Below, in pieces: positions 27,663 through 38,634 of a DNA stretch of 64,000 bases. Within the stretch, counting starts at the first letter, position 1. Every line of letters starts with the position of its first letter. The position numbers and the translations under genes are program-made. The notes beneath the pieces are model-generated. The model worked only from the letters and a program-made list of their open reading frames with translations. It was not told the origin of the DNA and ran no database searches. The stretch lies in the NCBI GenBank assembly GCA_964387845.1, contig CAYLXA010000005.1, forward strand, positions 128,001 through 192,000. Reading direction: 5' to 3'. The stretch comes from an uncultured bacterium (GTDB lineage: Bacteria > Omnitrophota > Omnitrophia > Omnitrophales > Abzuiibacteriaceae).

Positions 27663-29381
27663 ATGAGCAAGATCACAAGCCGCGGCGTCGGAGTCGGTTT
27701 AAGAAAAGAGCACTACCCATCGATTCTTGAAAAATGGCCGCCCATGGATTGGTTTGAGGCCATTTCCGAGAATTACATGGATACGGGCGGCCGGCCGCTT
27801 GCTGCTTTGGAAAAAGTTCGTGCGCATTATCCCGTCGCGCTTCACGGTACTTCGATGTCGCTTGGCTCTACCGATCCTTTCCATCCCGATTATTTGCCCC
27901 GTCTGAAAAAATTAATCGATCGCATCGATCCTTTTATTGTTTCGGACCACCTTTGCTGGTCCGGCGTCGACAAAAACCACCTTTACGACTTACTGCCGCT
28001 TCCGTTTACCGAAGAGGCCATCCGGCACTTGGTTTCGCGCATTCAGCAGGTCCAGGAATATTTGGGGCGCTCCATCCTGATTGAAAATGTTTCGACTTAC
28101 ATCACTTTCAAGAACTCCGAAATCAGCGAATGGGAATTTATTTCCGAAATTTCAAAGCGTTCAGGATGCGGCATTCTGCTTGATCTCAACAACATTTATG
28201 TCAATTCCGTTAATCACCATTTTGACCCTTTCGACTATATTCAAAACATTCCAACCGAAGCCGTCGGTCAGTTTCATTTGGCGGGGCACACGGATATGGG
28301 AAAATATTTATTTGATACACACAGCGGTGCCGTGATTGACCGGGTTTGGGATCTGTACCGGAAAGCACTTGAGCGATTCGGACAAGTTTCAACCTTAATC
28401 GAGTGGGACGCCGAAATCCCGAGTTTCGAGAAGTTATCCGAAGAAGCCGCGAAAGCGCGGAATGTTTACAAAGAGTTTCCAGCCGTTGTTGCGAGGCATG
28501 AACCAAGCGGCGCCGAAGCAATCTCTGAATCGCAGATTGCTTCGACATCAACTTTGGAAACATCTCGCAATGACCGCAAAATTTTACTTTCCGAAATTCA
28601 AAAAAAATTCAGGCCCCGAATCCAGCCAAAGCGCCAGGCATTTGATCCTGCCGGCGAAGTTTTGAATCCCCAGGGCGGCGATCCGGGCGAAGTGCGCCTT
28701 GATGTTTACTCAAACGGTTATGTTGCGAGGTTCCAGGAGTCGCTCTCAGAAGTGTTCGAAGCTGTACACGCAGTCTTGGGCGATAGCGCATTCTATGATT
28801 TGGCGAGCGAATACACATTTCATTATCCGTCGATGCATTACAATTTAAATTTAGTCGGCTGTCATTTTCCGGATTTTTTAAAAACGCACCCGCTTTCAAA
28901 AAAAGTTCCTTTTTTGGCTGATTTGGCGCAGCTCGAGTGGCAAATTTCAGCGGCTTTTCATGCCTACGATATCGAGCCGATCAATCCGGCGCAGCTTGCG
29001 TCGATTCCGGCGGAGGAGTGGGAAGATCTGAGGGTGACTTTTCAGCCGTCGGTTTCGCTGCTTTCGTCGACATGGCCCGTGCTCGATATTTGGCTGAAAC
29101 GGCATGAGCGCGCAGAGCGAGTCAATATCGACTTAGAAAACAGGCCTCAACATGTATTAATCGGGCGCCGCGAACTTCAAGTCCGGTGCGAATTTTTGGA
29201 TTCACTCCAGTTTCACTTAATCAAAGGACTTTTAAACGGCCAAACGCTGGGCGAGGTATGCGGTGAGTTGGCGGATTTGGTTGAGGATGAAACCGAAATT
29301 CCCATAACCGATTGGTTTCAGCGCTGGGTCCGGGATCAAATGATTGTTCGCTGCGAATCTGCACGTCAAGCATCTTTGTAA
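27663..29381 (+). CDS. fused MNIO (DUF692/MbnB-like TIM-barrel) - DUF2063 partner-domain protein
   Basis: N-terminal ~290 aa matches DUF692 (ISENYMDTGG, HLCWSG, metal-ligand-rich GQFHLAGH); C-terminal ~280 aa DUF2063-like; directly downstream of Cys-rich precursor. Confidence 0.75.
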   Translation: MSKITSRGVGVGLRKEHYPSILEKWPPMDWFEAISENYMDTGGRPLAALEKVRAHYPVALHGTSMSLGSTDPFHPDYLPRLKKLIDRIDPFIVSDHLCWSGVDKNHLYDLLPLPFTEEAIRHLVSRIQQVQEYLGRSILIENVSTYITFKNSEISEWEFISEISKRSGCGILLDLNNIYVNSVNHHFDPFDYIQNIPTEAVGQFHLAGHTDMGKYLFDTHSGAVIDRVWDLYRKALERFGQVSTLIEWDAEIPSFEKLSEEAAKARNVYKEFPAVVARHEPSGAEAISESQIASTSTLETSRNDRKILLSEIQKKFRPRIQPKRQAFDPAGEVLNPQGGDPGEVRLDVYSNGYVARFQESLSEVFEAVHAVLGDSAFYDLASEYTFHYPSMHYNLNLVGCHFPDFLKTHPLSKKVPFLADLAQLEWQISAAFHAYDIEPINPAQLASIPAEEWEDLRVTFQPSVSLLSSTWPVLDIWLKRHERAERVNIDLENRPQHVLIGRRELQVRCEFLDSLQFHLIKGLLNGQTLGEVCGELADLVEDETEIPITDWFQRWVRDQMIVRCESARQASL

Positions 29382-29517
29382 GTTATTTTACCATAATAGT
29401 TTATATAAATTCCATTGGTCGCCCATTGACGGCACTGTTTTTACTGGTTATTATTATCAGGTCAGTTTCGGAATCAATCTTTGATTCAATTCGAGCGAGT
29501 TTATCAGGAGGAAAAAG

Positions 29518-29817
29518 ATGAAAAAGTTTTTTGCAGTGTTTGCAGTTTTGTTTTTGGCGGTTTTTGTGTTTTCAAGCCCGGCACTTCTTATTGCCGAGGA
29601 AGCAGCTCAACCGGCAGCTCCGGAAGAGCCTGTTGTTGAGCCTGCTGTAGCCGAACCCGCGGATGCATTGGTGGATGAAATGGATTCGGAAGAGTATTTT
29701 GATGAAGCCAAGGTTCTTCGTGATGCAGCGGCAAAGCTGAAAGGAATGGCGGGCGATGCGGAAGCTCAAAAGTTAGCCGGCCAGCTCGAAGAATTAGCGT
29801 CTGATTACGAATATTAA
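29518..29817 (+). CDS. small secreted acidic protein, hypothetical
   Basis: signal peptide MKKFFAVFAVLFLAVFVFSSPALLIA; Glu/Ala/Pro-rich. Confidence 0.4.
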   Translation: MKKFFAVFAVLFLAVFVFSSPALLIAEEAAQPAAPEEPVVEPAVAEPADALVDEMDSEEYFDEAKVLRDAAAKLKGMAGDAEAQKLAGQLEELASDYEY

Positions 29818-29887
29818 TCGATTGTAGTTTGTTCACCAAAAAGGCCAGCAGCTGAACACTGCTGGCCTTTTTTTCTCAGGGAAGTTC

Positions 29888-32026
29888 ATGCCGTCTCACT
29901 CACAAAAGTCTCCCAATCATCTGATCCGGGAAAAAAGTCCCTATCTTTTGCAGCACGCCTATAATCCGGTCCATTGGTATCCGTGGGGCGGGGAAGCTTT
30001 TCAAAAATCCAAACTCGAAGACAAGCCCATCTTTCTTTCGATCGGATACTCAACCTGCCACTGGTGCCACGTAATGGAAGAAGAATCTTTCGAGAATCAA
30101 GCGGTCGCGGATATCCTGAACGAATATTTTGTATCGATCAAAGTGGACCGGGAAGAGCGGCCGGACGTGGACGGTATTTATATGAAAGCTGTCATGGCCA
30201 TGACCGGCTCAGGCGGTTGGCCGATGAGTGTTTTTCTGACACCGGATTTAGAACCTTTTTACGGCGGCACATATTTTCCGCCGGAAAGCCGCTACGGGCG
30301 TCCGGGATTCCTTACCATCTTGAATGCGATTGCGGATAAATGGAAAACCGAGAAAGGTTCTATGACAAGCGCCGGCAAAGAATTAGCCGGAGCGCTTCGG
30401 GCCGATTCGGAAAACGAGCCCGGTCAAAAAGCCGCATTGGATCAAAAGCTGCTTTCGGTTGCTTTTCATCAATTGGAATCCCAATATGACGGAGCCTTGG
30501 GCGGATTCGGCGGAGCACCGAAATTTCCGCGAAGCCACGTTATGTCTTACTTGTTCCGGTTTTGGAAACGCTCAGGGGAATCCGTGGCACTTGATATGTC
30601 GCTTCAAACGCTGCGTGAAATGGCGAAGGGCGGCATGTATGACCATGTGGGCGGCGGATTTCACCGATACTCCACCGATGCCAAATGGCACATCCCGCAT
30701 TTCGAAAAAATGCTTTACGACCAGGCGCTGATCGCCAAAACCTATCTCGAAGCATATCAGGCCACGCATGAGGAAAACTTTGCAAATGTAGCAGGGGAAA
30801 TATTTAATTATGTGCTCCATGATATGAAAGCCCCCGAGGGGGCATTCTATTCTGCCGAAGATGCCGATAGCTTGCCGGAGAAAGACTCAGCCAAAAAAAC
30901 AGAAGGCGCATTTTATATTTGGAGCGAGAAAGAAATTTTGGCGCTCTTGGGTGAAAAAAACGGAAAGTTTTTTAATTTCATCTTTGGTGTTGAACCGGAC
31001 GGCAATGCCGAAACCGATCCTCATGGTGAGTTTACCGGAAAGAATATTTTGTACTTAGCGCATTCGATTGATGAAGCGGCAAAAAATTTTAATAAAACCG
31101 AAGAAGAAATCAAAAAAATCGTCCGAGAATCAAAAACCATCTTACTAAAAGCGCGCGCAGAACGCCCAAAACCGCATCTGGATGACAAAATTTTGGCCGA
31201 CTGGAACGGCTTGATGATTTCAGCGCTCGCATCGGGTTCGCTCATTCTTCGAAATCCGTGCTATGCGGAGGTTGCTTGCAAAGCCGCCGATTTCATTATG
31301 GAGAAAATGACGATTCACGGGAAACTCATGCACCGTTACCGCGACGGAGAAGTGGCAATCGAAGGATTTCTGGATGATTATGCGTTTTTCTCGAACGCGC
31401 TTTTGGATCTTTATGAGGCGACTTTTCAGGTGCGGTATTTGAGTGAAGCGGCTCGGTTGGTTGAAAGAATGAATGCGCTTTTTTGGGATGGAAAAAGCGG
31501 AGGCTACTTTTTCTCAAGCTCTGGCGGCGAAAAATTGATTGCTCGAAGTAAGGAAATTTATGATGGCGCGATTCCTTCGGGGAATTCCGTAGCGGCAATG
31601 GTATTGGTTCGGCTTAACCGGATGACGGCAAAATCCGAATACGAAAAGCGTGCCGGTGAATTATTCGACGCGTTTTCTGTTCAGCTTGCGCAGTTTCCGG
31701 CCGGATATCCGCAGATGATGATGGCGTTTGATTTTTCGCAAGGCCCCTCGCGCGAAATCGTGATCGCGGGCAATCAAAAAGCCGAAGAGGTCCGGAAAAT
31801 AGCCGATATAATATTCAGCACATTTTCGCCGAACCAAGTAGTTCTGTTTCATCCTCAGGACGGAAGTGAGGCAGAAGCGGTTGAGCAGTTGGCACCGTTC
31901 GTGAAGAGCCAAGGACTTGTGAGCGGCAAACCGGCGGTTTATATTTGTGAGAATTACACATGTTCGCTTCCTGTGACGGATGTGTCAGATTTAAAAAAGA
32001 AATTGGGAGTTAGTGGAAATGCCTGA
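29888..32026 (+). CDS. thioredoxin-domain protein of the DUF255/YyaL family (N-terminal Trx-like CxxC + six-hairpin glycosidase-like domain)
   Basis: [20 protein letters not shown] motif, 712 aa. Confidence 0.8.
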   Translation: MPSHSQKSPNHLIREKSPYLLQHAYNPVHWYPWGGEAFQKSKLEDKPIFLSIGYSTCHWCHVMEEESFENQAVADILNEYFVSIKVDREERPDVDGIYMKAVMAMTGSGGWPMSVFLTPDLEPFYGGTYFPPESRYGRPGFLTILNAIADKWKTEKGSMTSAGKELAGALRADSENEPGQKAALDQKLLSVAFHQLESQYDGALGGFGGAPKFPRSHVMSYLFRFWKRSGESVALDMSLQTLREMAKGGMYDHVGGGFHRYSTDAKWHIPHFEKMLYDQALIAKTYLEAYQATHEENFANVAGEIFNYVLHDMKAPEGAFYSAEDADSLPEKDSAKKTEGAFYIWSEKEILALLGEKNGKFFNFIFGVEPDGNAETDPHGEFTGKNILYLAHSIDEAAKNFNKTEEEIKKIVRESKTILLKARAERPKPHLDDKILADWNGLMISALASGSLILRNPCYAEVACKAADFIMEKMTIHGKLMHRYRDGEVAIEGFLDDYAFFSNALLDLYEATFQVRYLSEAARLVERMNALFWDGKSGGYFFSSSGGEKLIARSKEIYDGAIPSGNSVAAMVLVRLNRMTAKSEYEKRAGELFDAFSVQLAQFPAGYPQMMMAFDFSQGPSREIVIAGNQKAEEVRKIADIIFSTFSPNQVVLFHPQDGSEAEAVEQLAPFVKSQGLVSGKPAVYICENYTCSLPVTDVSDLKKKLGVSGNA

Positions 32027-33218
32027 AAGTTTTCTTGAAATCCTAAGTATTTATCTGCTTGGGCTTGGACTCAATCTGACGCCCTGCGTGTATCCCATGC
32101 TATCGATTACTGTTTCTCTATTTGGACGGCAAACGGGCGGGCACCATCATCACTCAGCTTTGAAGGCAATTGTCTATGTGCTTGGGATGGCAGCCATGTA
32201 CAGTGCGCTTGGCGTGACAGCAGCACTGACGGGCGGATTTTTCGGTTCATTTCTGCAAAATACTTATATCTTGCTAGCGATCGGTGCCGTTTTGGTGGCG
32301 CTTGCGCTCAGCATGTTCGGCTTTTATCAAATTAATGCACCCTCCTGGATTCTGCAGAGAATCGGCGCTCCCAAACACGTGGGGCTCATCGGCATTTTTT
32401 TCTCTGGGCTGATGGTGGGTATTATCGCCGCGCCTTGCGTGGGGCCGCCCGTCATCGCACTCTTGGCGATTGTGGGTTCGCGTGGCGAACCGCTTTATGG
32501 ATTCCTCGTATTCTTTGTTCTATCCATCGGGCTCGGAACACCCTATTTAATATTGGGAACATTCTCCGAGCTGCTCCGAAAAATCCCAAAATCAGGGGTT
32601 TGGCTTATTTGGATGGAACGTTTTTTTGGTGTCGTACTTCTTGCGATGGCGGCGTATTATTTCTTAATTGCACTAAATCCTACGCTTCTCAAATGGCTTC
32701 CGACCGCGGCACTTGTGCTGGGCGGTATTTATCTCGGATTTCTAGAAACATCGGGAAATCAAAAAATAAAATTCAATCGCTTTAAGAAAACAGTAGGTGT
32801 TATTGCAGTCGTTGTTGGTTTGGCACTTCCTTTTACAGGGCCGAAGCAAAATGTGGTTTGGGAAGCGTATTCAGCTGAAAAGATAGAAACCGCGAAAGCC
32901 GCGGGGCAGCCTGTTATCTTTGATTTCTATGCCGATTGGTGCATTCCTTGTCATGAGCTGGACCGGTTTACTTATTCAGACCCCGAAGTTATCAAAGCGC
33001 TCGATCATTTTCTCCGCATCAAAGTTGATTTGACTGACACGGATACACCTGAAGCCGAAGAGCTGACGGATAAGTACGAGATTGTCGGCGTCCCCACCAT
33101 CGTTTTCCTGGATAAGCAGGGAAATGAAGTCGAGGAGGCCCGCACAAACGGCTTCATTGATGCCCAGGAAATGCTCGAAATCCTGAATTCGCCTTCTTTT
33201 GTAGAACCAACTTCCTAA
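32013..33218 (+). CDS. DsbD/CcdA-family thiol:disulfide transporter with C-terminal thioredoxin domain
   Basis: 8 TM CcdA-like core with conserved Cys + C-terminal [12 protein letters not shown] thioredoxin motif. Confidence 0.75.
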   Translation: MEMPESFLEILSIYLLGLGLNLTPCVYPMLSITVSLFGRQTGGHHHHSALKAIVYVLGMAAMYSALGVTAALTGGFFGSFLQNTYILLAIGAVLVALALSMFGFYQINAPSWILQRIGAPKHVGLIGIFFSGLMVGIIAAPCVGPPVIALLAIVGSRGEPLYGFLVFFVLSIGLGTPYLILGTFSELLRKIPKSGVWLIWMERFFGVVLLAMAAYYFLIALNPTLLKWLPTAALVLGGIYLGFLETSGNQKIKFNRFKKTVGVIAVVVGLALPFTGPKQNVVWEAYSAEKIETAKAAGQPVIFDFYADWCIPCHELDRFTYSDPEVIKALDHFLRIKVDLTDTDTPEAEELTDKYEIVGVPTIVFLDKQGNEVEEARTNGFIDAQEMLEILNSPSFVEPTS

Positions 33219-33320
33219 TCCAAATTTTTATTGACTTTCATAATCATCATATACAATATACATTTCTTAATAACTCACCACGCTCATCTCCGCGCAAGAC
33301 GGTTTGACTTCCGCTTCTTC

Positions 33321-33345
33321 TAGTATATACTTTAGGTATATACCA
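33321..33345. promoter_or_regulatory. palindromic operator pair (AGTATATACT / GGTATATACC) at the antitoxin promoter
   Basis: read directly, between -35-like TTGACT and RBS. Confidence 0.4.
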
Positions 33346-33355
33346 GGAGGCCTCC

Positions 33356-33592
33356 ATGAAAGTATTGTCGCTTAAATTAAGAGATGATGTGTTTGACGAA
33401 GTCGAGCAAGTAATCAAAAAAAACAATATGCCGCGTAACGCGTATATTAATGAGGCGCTCATTTTTTTCAATCAGTTAAACAAGCGGAAATGGATGAGAA
33501 AAAAACTGCAGAAGGAGTCTCTCTTGACGCGGGGGGTTTCCATGGAAGTACTGCGTGAAATGGAAAAGTTAGAAGACAGCTTGGATTCATGA
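33356..33592 (+). CDS. MazE/RHH-type antitoxin candidate
   Basis: 78 aa, upstream of and 4 nt from mazF-like gene. Confidence 0.5.
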   Translation: MKVLSLKLRDDVFDEVEQVIKKNNMPRNAYINEALIFFNQLNKRKWMRKKLQKESLLTRGVSMEVLREMEKLEDSLDS

Positions 33593-33596
33593 AATC

Positions 33597-33938
33597 ATGA
33601 AAATCGAAAAGTTTCATATCTACTTAACCGATCTTAATCCGCAAATCGGGACCGAGCCCGGAAAAATCAGGCCGGTCACCGTGATTCAAACCAACCTGTT
33701 AAACAATACCCATCCCAGCACGATTATTTGCCCGATGACGACCAAAGTGGTCAGGCAGGCAAGGATTTTAAGGGTTCATGTTTCTTCTGCTGAATCGGGA
33801 CTGAACACAGCTTCTGATATCCTGGTAGATCAAATTCGGGCTATTGATAATCGGCGGCTTAGGAAACATATTGGAAAGCTGACCTCCCCGCAGGCGAAAG
33901 AGCTTCTGGCCAATCTTAAACTTTTAATCTTAGAATAA
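33597..33938 (+). CDS. MazF/PemK-family endoribonuclease toxin
   Basis: IYLTDLNPQIGTEPGKIRPVTVIQTN...ICPMTT pattern. Confidence 0.8.
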   Translation: MKIEKFHIYLTDLNPQIGTEPGKIRPVTVIQTNLLNNTHPSTIICPMTTKVVRQARILRVHVSSAESGLNTASDILVDQIRAIDNRRLRKHIGKLTSPQAKELLANLKLLILE

Positions 33939-33988
33939 TCATTCCGTTTTGGTATAATATGGTTGTTTTTAACTGTTAAAGACCGCTT

Positions 33989-35932
33989 ATGTCCATTACG
34001 CAATCAACCACGGCCAAACTCCGAATTATTAGTTTCGAAAGCCGTCTGTCCTCAACCATGACAGAGCTGATCCACAAAGCCGGCCATGCGCCTATCGCGG
34101 CGCCGGCACTGCAGGAAATCCCGCTCGAGAAAAATCCCGAAGCGTTTCAATTAGGGGAGCGGCTCCTCAATCACGAAATTGATTTCATGATCTTTCTAAC
34201 GGGTGTCGGCACAAAAGCGCTCTTTGAAACCTTGAGAACCCGTTACAACATGAAACAAATCATTGCGGCCTTGAATCAAACCATCATTGTTGCGCGAGGC
34301 CCGAAGCCGGTTCAGGTTTTGCAAGATTACGGAATCATGGTTTCGGTCCTGGTGCCGGAGCCCAATACCTGGCGCGACATTTTGGAAGTTTTAGACTCAG
34401 ACGAGCATAGCATTTCTCTGATGAAAAGGACTGTCGCGGTCCAAGAATACGGAGAGGAAAATCCGCAGCTCATCGCCGGATTGGTGGAGCGCGGCGCGCG
34501 CGTAATCCGGGTTCCCGTCTACCGGTGGGCGCTGCCGGATGATACCAAGCCGCTAAAAAATGCGATTCGGACCATCATCGAACACAACGCGGACGCGGTG
34601 CTCTTCACAAACTCGGTGCAGGTCAATCATTTATTTCGGCTGGCCTCGGAAATAGGCCTTGAAAGGCATTTAAAACAGGCCTTTGCCAAAATGGTGATCG
34701 CTTCCGTCGGCCCTCATTGTTCTCAAGCGATTGTTGAGCATGGGCTTTCCGTTGATATCCAGCCCGAGACGCCGAACATGGAGTCGCTCGTCTTGGAAGT
34801 GTCAAAACGCGCGAAGGCCATTTGGGATGAGAAGCAATTACATGAAAGCAAACTCATGGATTCCGGCATCCGAATGGAATCAGAAAGAGTCCAAAAAAAG
34901 GAATTGGTGGAAAGCGTATTTTTAAAAGCGTGCCGGCTTGAAAAAACATCTCACACACCGGTTTGGCTGATGCGCCAAGCAGGGCGCTACATGAAAGAAT
35001 ACCGGCAGCTGCGTGAAAAAATGCCCTTTCTGGAACTTTGCAAAAACCCATCACTGTGTGCAGAGGTTACAATTCATGCCCAGGAAACCATCGGAGCGGA
35101 CGCTGCTATTATTTTTTCGGATATCCTGCTTTTGGTACAGCCGTTTGGCCTGGGCCTTGAGTATTCGCGGGAAGACGGGCCCGTGATTGACAATGTTATT
35201 CACCGCGGATCGCGCATCGATGAACTTCCCGAGATCGAACCGGCCGATTCGCTCGGATTTGTATATGAAGCGATCCGAAAAACGCGCGAGAATCTGCAGT
35301 CCAACATTCCGCTGATCGGGTTTGCCGGAGCACCGTTTACGCTGGCGTCTTACATGATTGAAGGCGGCTCATCAAAAGATTTTAGGCGCACAAAGCTATT
35401 CATGTATTCCGATGAAGGCCAGTGGCGCGCACTGATGGAAAAATTGGCACGCGCCGTATCGAAACATCTCAAGGCGCAAATTGAGGCCGGTGCTCAGGCG
35501 GTTCAGCTTTTTGACAGCTGGGTCGGTTGTTTAGGCCCCGGCGATTATAAAAAATATGTACAGCCGTACTCCAAACAGGTATTTGATTCGCTAGAAGGGC
35601 TCGCGCCGACCATTCACTTTGGAACCAACACCGGAAATTTGTTGGAGCTCATGAAAGAGGCGGGCGGTGATGTAATCGGCGTCGATTTTCGGATCACGTT
35701 GGACCAGGCTTGGCGAAGAGTGGGATATTCAAAAGCAGTGCAAGGAAATTTGGATCCGCTGGTGCTGCAGTCATCGATTCCTTATATTAATCAGCGTGCA
35801 CAGGAAATTATCAAGCAGGCCTCCGGACGCCCAGGGCACATTTTCAATTTGGGCCACGGTGTTTTGCCGGATACGCCTGTTGAAAATGTGATCGCGTTGG
35901 TGGATATGGTCCACGAACTCAGTGGTAAGTGA
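33989..35932 (+). CDS. hemE: bifunctional uroporphyrinogen-III synthase (HemD) / uroporphyrinogen decarboxylase (HemE) fusion
   Basis: N-terminal ~250 aa HemD-like; C-terminal HemE with VWLMRQAGRYMKEYR...IIFSDIL; stop codon lies inside heptamer repeat. Confidence 0.85.
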   Translation: MSITQSTTAKLRIISFESRLSSTMTELIHKAGHAPIAAPALQEIPLEKNPEAFQLGERLLNHEIDFMIFLTGVGTKALFETLRTRYNMKQIIAALNQTIIVARGPKPVQVLQDYGIMVSVLVPEPNTWRDILEVLDSDEHSISLMKRTVAVQEYGEENPQLIAGLVERGARVIRVPVYRWALPDDTKPLKNAIRTIIEHNADAVLFTNSVQVNHLFRLASEIGLERHLKQAFAKMVIASVGPHCSQAIVEHGLSVDIQPETPNMESLVLEVSKRAKAIWDEKQLHESKLMDSGIRMESERVQKKELVESVFLKACRLEKTSHTPVWLMRQAGRYMKEYRQLREKMPFLELCKNPSLCAEVTIHAQETIGADAAIIFSDILLLVQPFGLGLEYSREDGPVIDNVIHRGSRIDELPEIEPADSLGFVYEAIRKTRENLQSNIPLIGFAGAPFTLASYMIEGGSSKDFRRTKLFMYSDEGQWRALMEKLARAVSKHLKAQIEAGAQAVQLFDSWVGCLGPGDYKKYVQPYSKQVFDSLEGLAPTIHFGTNTGNLLELMKEAGGDVIGVDFRITLDQAWRRVGYSKAVQGNLDPLVLQSSIPYINQRAQEIIKQASGRPGHIFNLGHGVLPDTPVENVIALVDMVHELSGK

Positions 35933-36025
35933 TAAGTGGTAAGTGGTAAGTTTGGATGAACCAGTCAAACTTGATTAAAATTTTATTTTTACTTATCACT
36001 TACAACTTACAACTTACAACTTAAA
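35930..36025. repeat. heptamer hairpin element, family D: GTGGTAA GTGATAA GTGGTAA GTGGTAA ... TTATCAC TTACAAC TTACAAC TTACAAC
   Basis: read directly; supplies hemDE codons SGK + TGA. Confidence 0.65.
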
Positions 36026-36035
36026 ACTGGAAAAT

Positions 36036-37478
36036 ATGCCTAAAATCGCGATTATCGGCGGCGGAATATCAGGGCTTTCCTGCGCGTACCGTTTGCTCGA
36101 ACTTGCAAAAGAATTCGGAAAAGAGCTTGAAGTCCGGATTTTTGAACGTGGTGACCGGTTGGGCGGTACGATCGAGACTGAAATCCGCGATGGTTTTGTT
36201 CTGGAGAAAGGCCCTGATTCTTTTATCTCCGAAAAACCAGCCGCGGTCGAGCTTGCAAAAAAACTTCGCATTGAAAACTTCCTGATCAATACCCGGAGCG
36301 AAAACCGGAAAAGTTTTATCCTGAAAAACGGAAAACTTTTTCCCGTTCCGCCCGGTTTTTATTTAATCGCACCCACGCAGGCATTGGAGTTTATGAAGTC
36401 TCCGCTCTTGTCATTTCCCGCCCGGTGCCGCGCCATGGCGGAGATTTTTATTCCAAAGCGCGTCAGCGAAAATGACGAAAGCATCGGTTCGTTTGTCCGC
36501 AGGCGGTTCGGCGATGAAATGCTTGAACGGATCGGACAGCCGATGATCGGCGGAATTTACACCGGCGATCCGGACCGCTTAAGTCTTCTGTCCACCATGC
36601 CGAGATTTCGTGATTTGGAAAAAAAATCCGGAAGCGTGATTAAAGGAATGTTGGCCGCAATGTCGCGAACAGAAACCGGTGTTTCAGAAGCGAGCGGCCC
36701 GCGTTACAGTTTGTTTTTGTCGTTTAAAAACGGAATGGAAACTCTGGTCAGCTCGCTCATGAGCCAGATTCCGTACAATTTTGTGCAGTTTGAATCCAAG
36801 CTGACCGAGATTGATTACAGTTTTGAAAAACAGGCGTGGTTTGTTGAAATGCAAAACGGGGAGGTGTATGAAGCAGATGCAGTTTGTGTGGCGGCATCGG
36901 CTCGGACGGCTGCGCAGCTTTTTGCGAATTCTTTTCCCGATTTGTCGCGCAAGCTCAACCGGATCCGGTTTGAATCCGTGGCGACCATCAATTTTGCATT
37001 CAAACGGGACCAAATCCGTCATCTGCTCGATGGATTCGGTTTTGTCGTACCCAAAATCGAGAAAAGGCCTCTTGTGGCCTGTTCCTTCAGTTCTCAGAAG
37101 TTTGAAGGCCGCGCACCCAATGACTGCGTTTTGCTTCGGGCGTTTACGGGCGGCGCGTTCGGGCGCGAATATTATCAAATGGAAGATAAAGATCTGATTA
37201 GCGCGGTTGCCCGTGATTTGGCAGAACTGCTCGGTATTCAAGGGGATGCGCTCTTTTATGATTTGGCCCGGTATCCAAATGCGATGGTTCAGTATGAAGT
37301 AGGGCATCTTGAGTTGGTCGGATCGATTCAATCAGATATCAACGAGATGAAGGGACTTTTTCTAACCGGTTCTTCATTCAAAGGGGTCGGAATTCCGGAC
37401 TGTATTGCGGATGCTTTTAAGCAGGCGGAAGCCATGTTTGCGCTTTTGAGCCAGAAATGCGAAAGCATCAAGTCTTGA
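36036..37478 (+). CDS. hemY: protoporphyrinogen/coproporphyrinogen oxidase (HemY/CgoX family, FAD-dependent)
   Basis: IAIIGGGISGLSCAY dinucleotide-binding motif, 480 aa. Confidence 0.8.
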   Translation: MPKIAIIGGGISGLSCAYRLLELAKEFGKELEVRIFERGDRLGGTIETEIRDGFVLEKGPDSFISEKPAAVELAKKLRIENFLINTRSENRKSFILKNGKLFPVPPGFYLIAPTQALEFMKSPLLSFPARCRAMAEIFIPKRVSENDESIGSFVRRRFGDEMLERIGQPMIGGIYTGDPDRLSLLSTMPRFRDLEKKSGSVIKGMLAAMSRTETGVSEASGPRYSLFLSFKNGMETLVSSLMSQIPYNFVQFESKLTEIDYSFEKQAWFVEMQNGEVYEADAVCVAASARTAAQLFANSFPDLSRKLNRIRFESVATINFAFKRDQIRHLLDGFGFVVPKIEKRPLVACSFSSQKFEGRAPNDCVLLRAFTGGAFGREYYQMEDKDLISAVARDLAELLGIQGDALFYDLARYPNAMVQYEVGHLELVGSIQSDINEMKGLFLTGSSFKGVGIPDCIADAFKQAEAMFALLSQKCESIKS

Positions 37479-37518
37479 TTCGGGTGATATAATAATTGCC
37501 TCAAAATTTGGAGTTACC

Positions 37519-38616
37519 ATGAACCACAAACATCTGATTTTGACAGGCCTCGTAGCGAGCTTGCTGTTTTCTCCCGCCGTTTTTGCGGCAGAATCGGCTT
37601 CAGCGCCGTCAATCCAAGCGAATCCAAGTTCGGAAGCTAAAATTCCCCAAGCGCTCGGAATCGGTTTCGAAGCATACCGGAAAGCGTTGGACGATCTTTT
37701 CTTTTTGTCGCTAAAAACCAATCAAAATGCCGATTTCGGTATCAACGAAATCATCGTCGGGCTCAACGAAAAAATCAAAACTAATCCCAAGGACCAGGAA
37801 TCGCTGGCTTATCTGGGCCACATTTACCGGATTTTAAACCAACCGCGCGAAGCCAACCGGTTTTACCAAAAAGCGCTTGCGCTTGGGGCAGACAAATTCC
37901 AGCTCAACTCATTTTCGGGCGTCATGCTGCTCCAGCTTCAGGATTTTGAAAAATCCATGGAAGCGCTCAGTCATTCGTTGGAGCTAAACCCGAACGACAG
38001 CGACATCTGGGTTCTCTACGGCCGTGCGCTTTTGTATTTGCAGGATTTTGACAATGCAATCTTGAGTTATGAAAAAGCGTTTAGCCTGGCTCCGCAGAGC
38101 GAAGAAGCCGCGCTTGCGCTTGTCACCATTTATGAACGCCAGAAAAAATACGATGAAGCAGTACGCGTGCTTGAGAATTTCCTGAAAGCGGTTCCGGACC
38201 ATAAGATGGCGCAATTTCATCTCGGCGTTGTTCATTTGTCTCAGAAGCAGCCCGAGCGCGCCGTTCAGGATTGGGAAACGCTTTATTATGCCGGCGTCCG
38301 CGAGCCGCAATTTTTGCTTAATTTGTCGGTTGCCTATCTGGAAGCGGGTGAGTCGGCAAAATCTCAGAAAATTTTGGAACATCTCCAGTTTTTCTTTCCG
38401 AGAAACACCGATCTTTTATTTCTAACGGCGGAAGCAAACCGTCAAATGAACCGCCTGGACGACTCGGCACGAAATTATCGAAAAGCAATTGCAGAAGACC
38501 CGTCTTTCATGAGCGCCCATATCGGTTTGGCGCAGGTTTTGAAGGAAATGGGGAAGGACAAGGAAAGCCAGAAAATCCTACAGAAAACAGCGGAGCGTTT
38601 TCGCGACGAGTCATAA
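37519..38616 (+). CDS. secreted TPR-repeat protein
   Basis: signal peptide + multiple TPR-like repeats. Confidence 0.7.
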   Translation: MNHKHLILTGLVASLLFSPAVFAAESASAPSIQANPSSEAKIPQALGIGFEAYRKALDDLFFLSLKTNQNADFGINEIIVGLNEKIKTNPKDQESLAYLGHIYRILNQPREANRFYQKALALGADKFQLNSFSGVMLLQLQDFEKSMEALSHSLELNPNDSDIWVLYGRALLYLQDFDNAILSYEKAFSLAPQSEEAALALVTIYERQKKYDEAVRVLENFLKAVPDHKMAQFHLGVVHLSQKQPERAVQDWETLYYAGVREPQFLLNLSVAYLEAGESAKSQKILEHLQFFFPRNTDLLFLTAEANRQMNRLDDSARNYRKAIAEDPSFMSAHIGLAQVLKEMGKDKESQKILQKTAERFRDES

Positions 38617-38634
38617 AGTCAGGAGAGTTTTCTC

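Noticed and set aside
36684-37331. 215-aa minus-strand ORF
   Set aside because: It is antisense inside the hemY-like oxidase gene.
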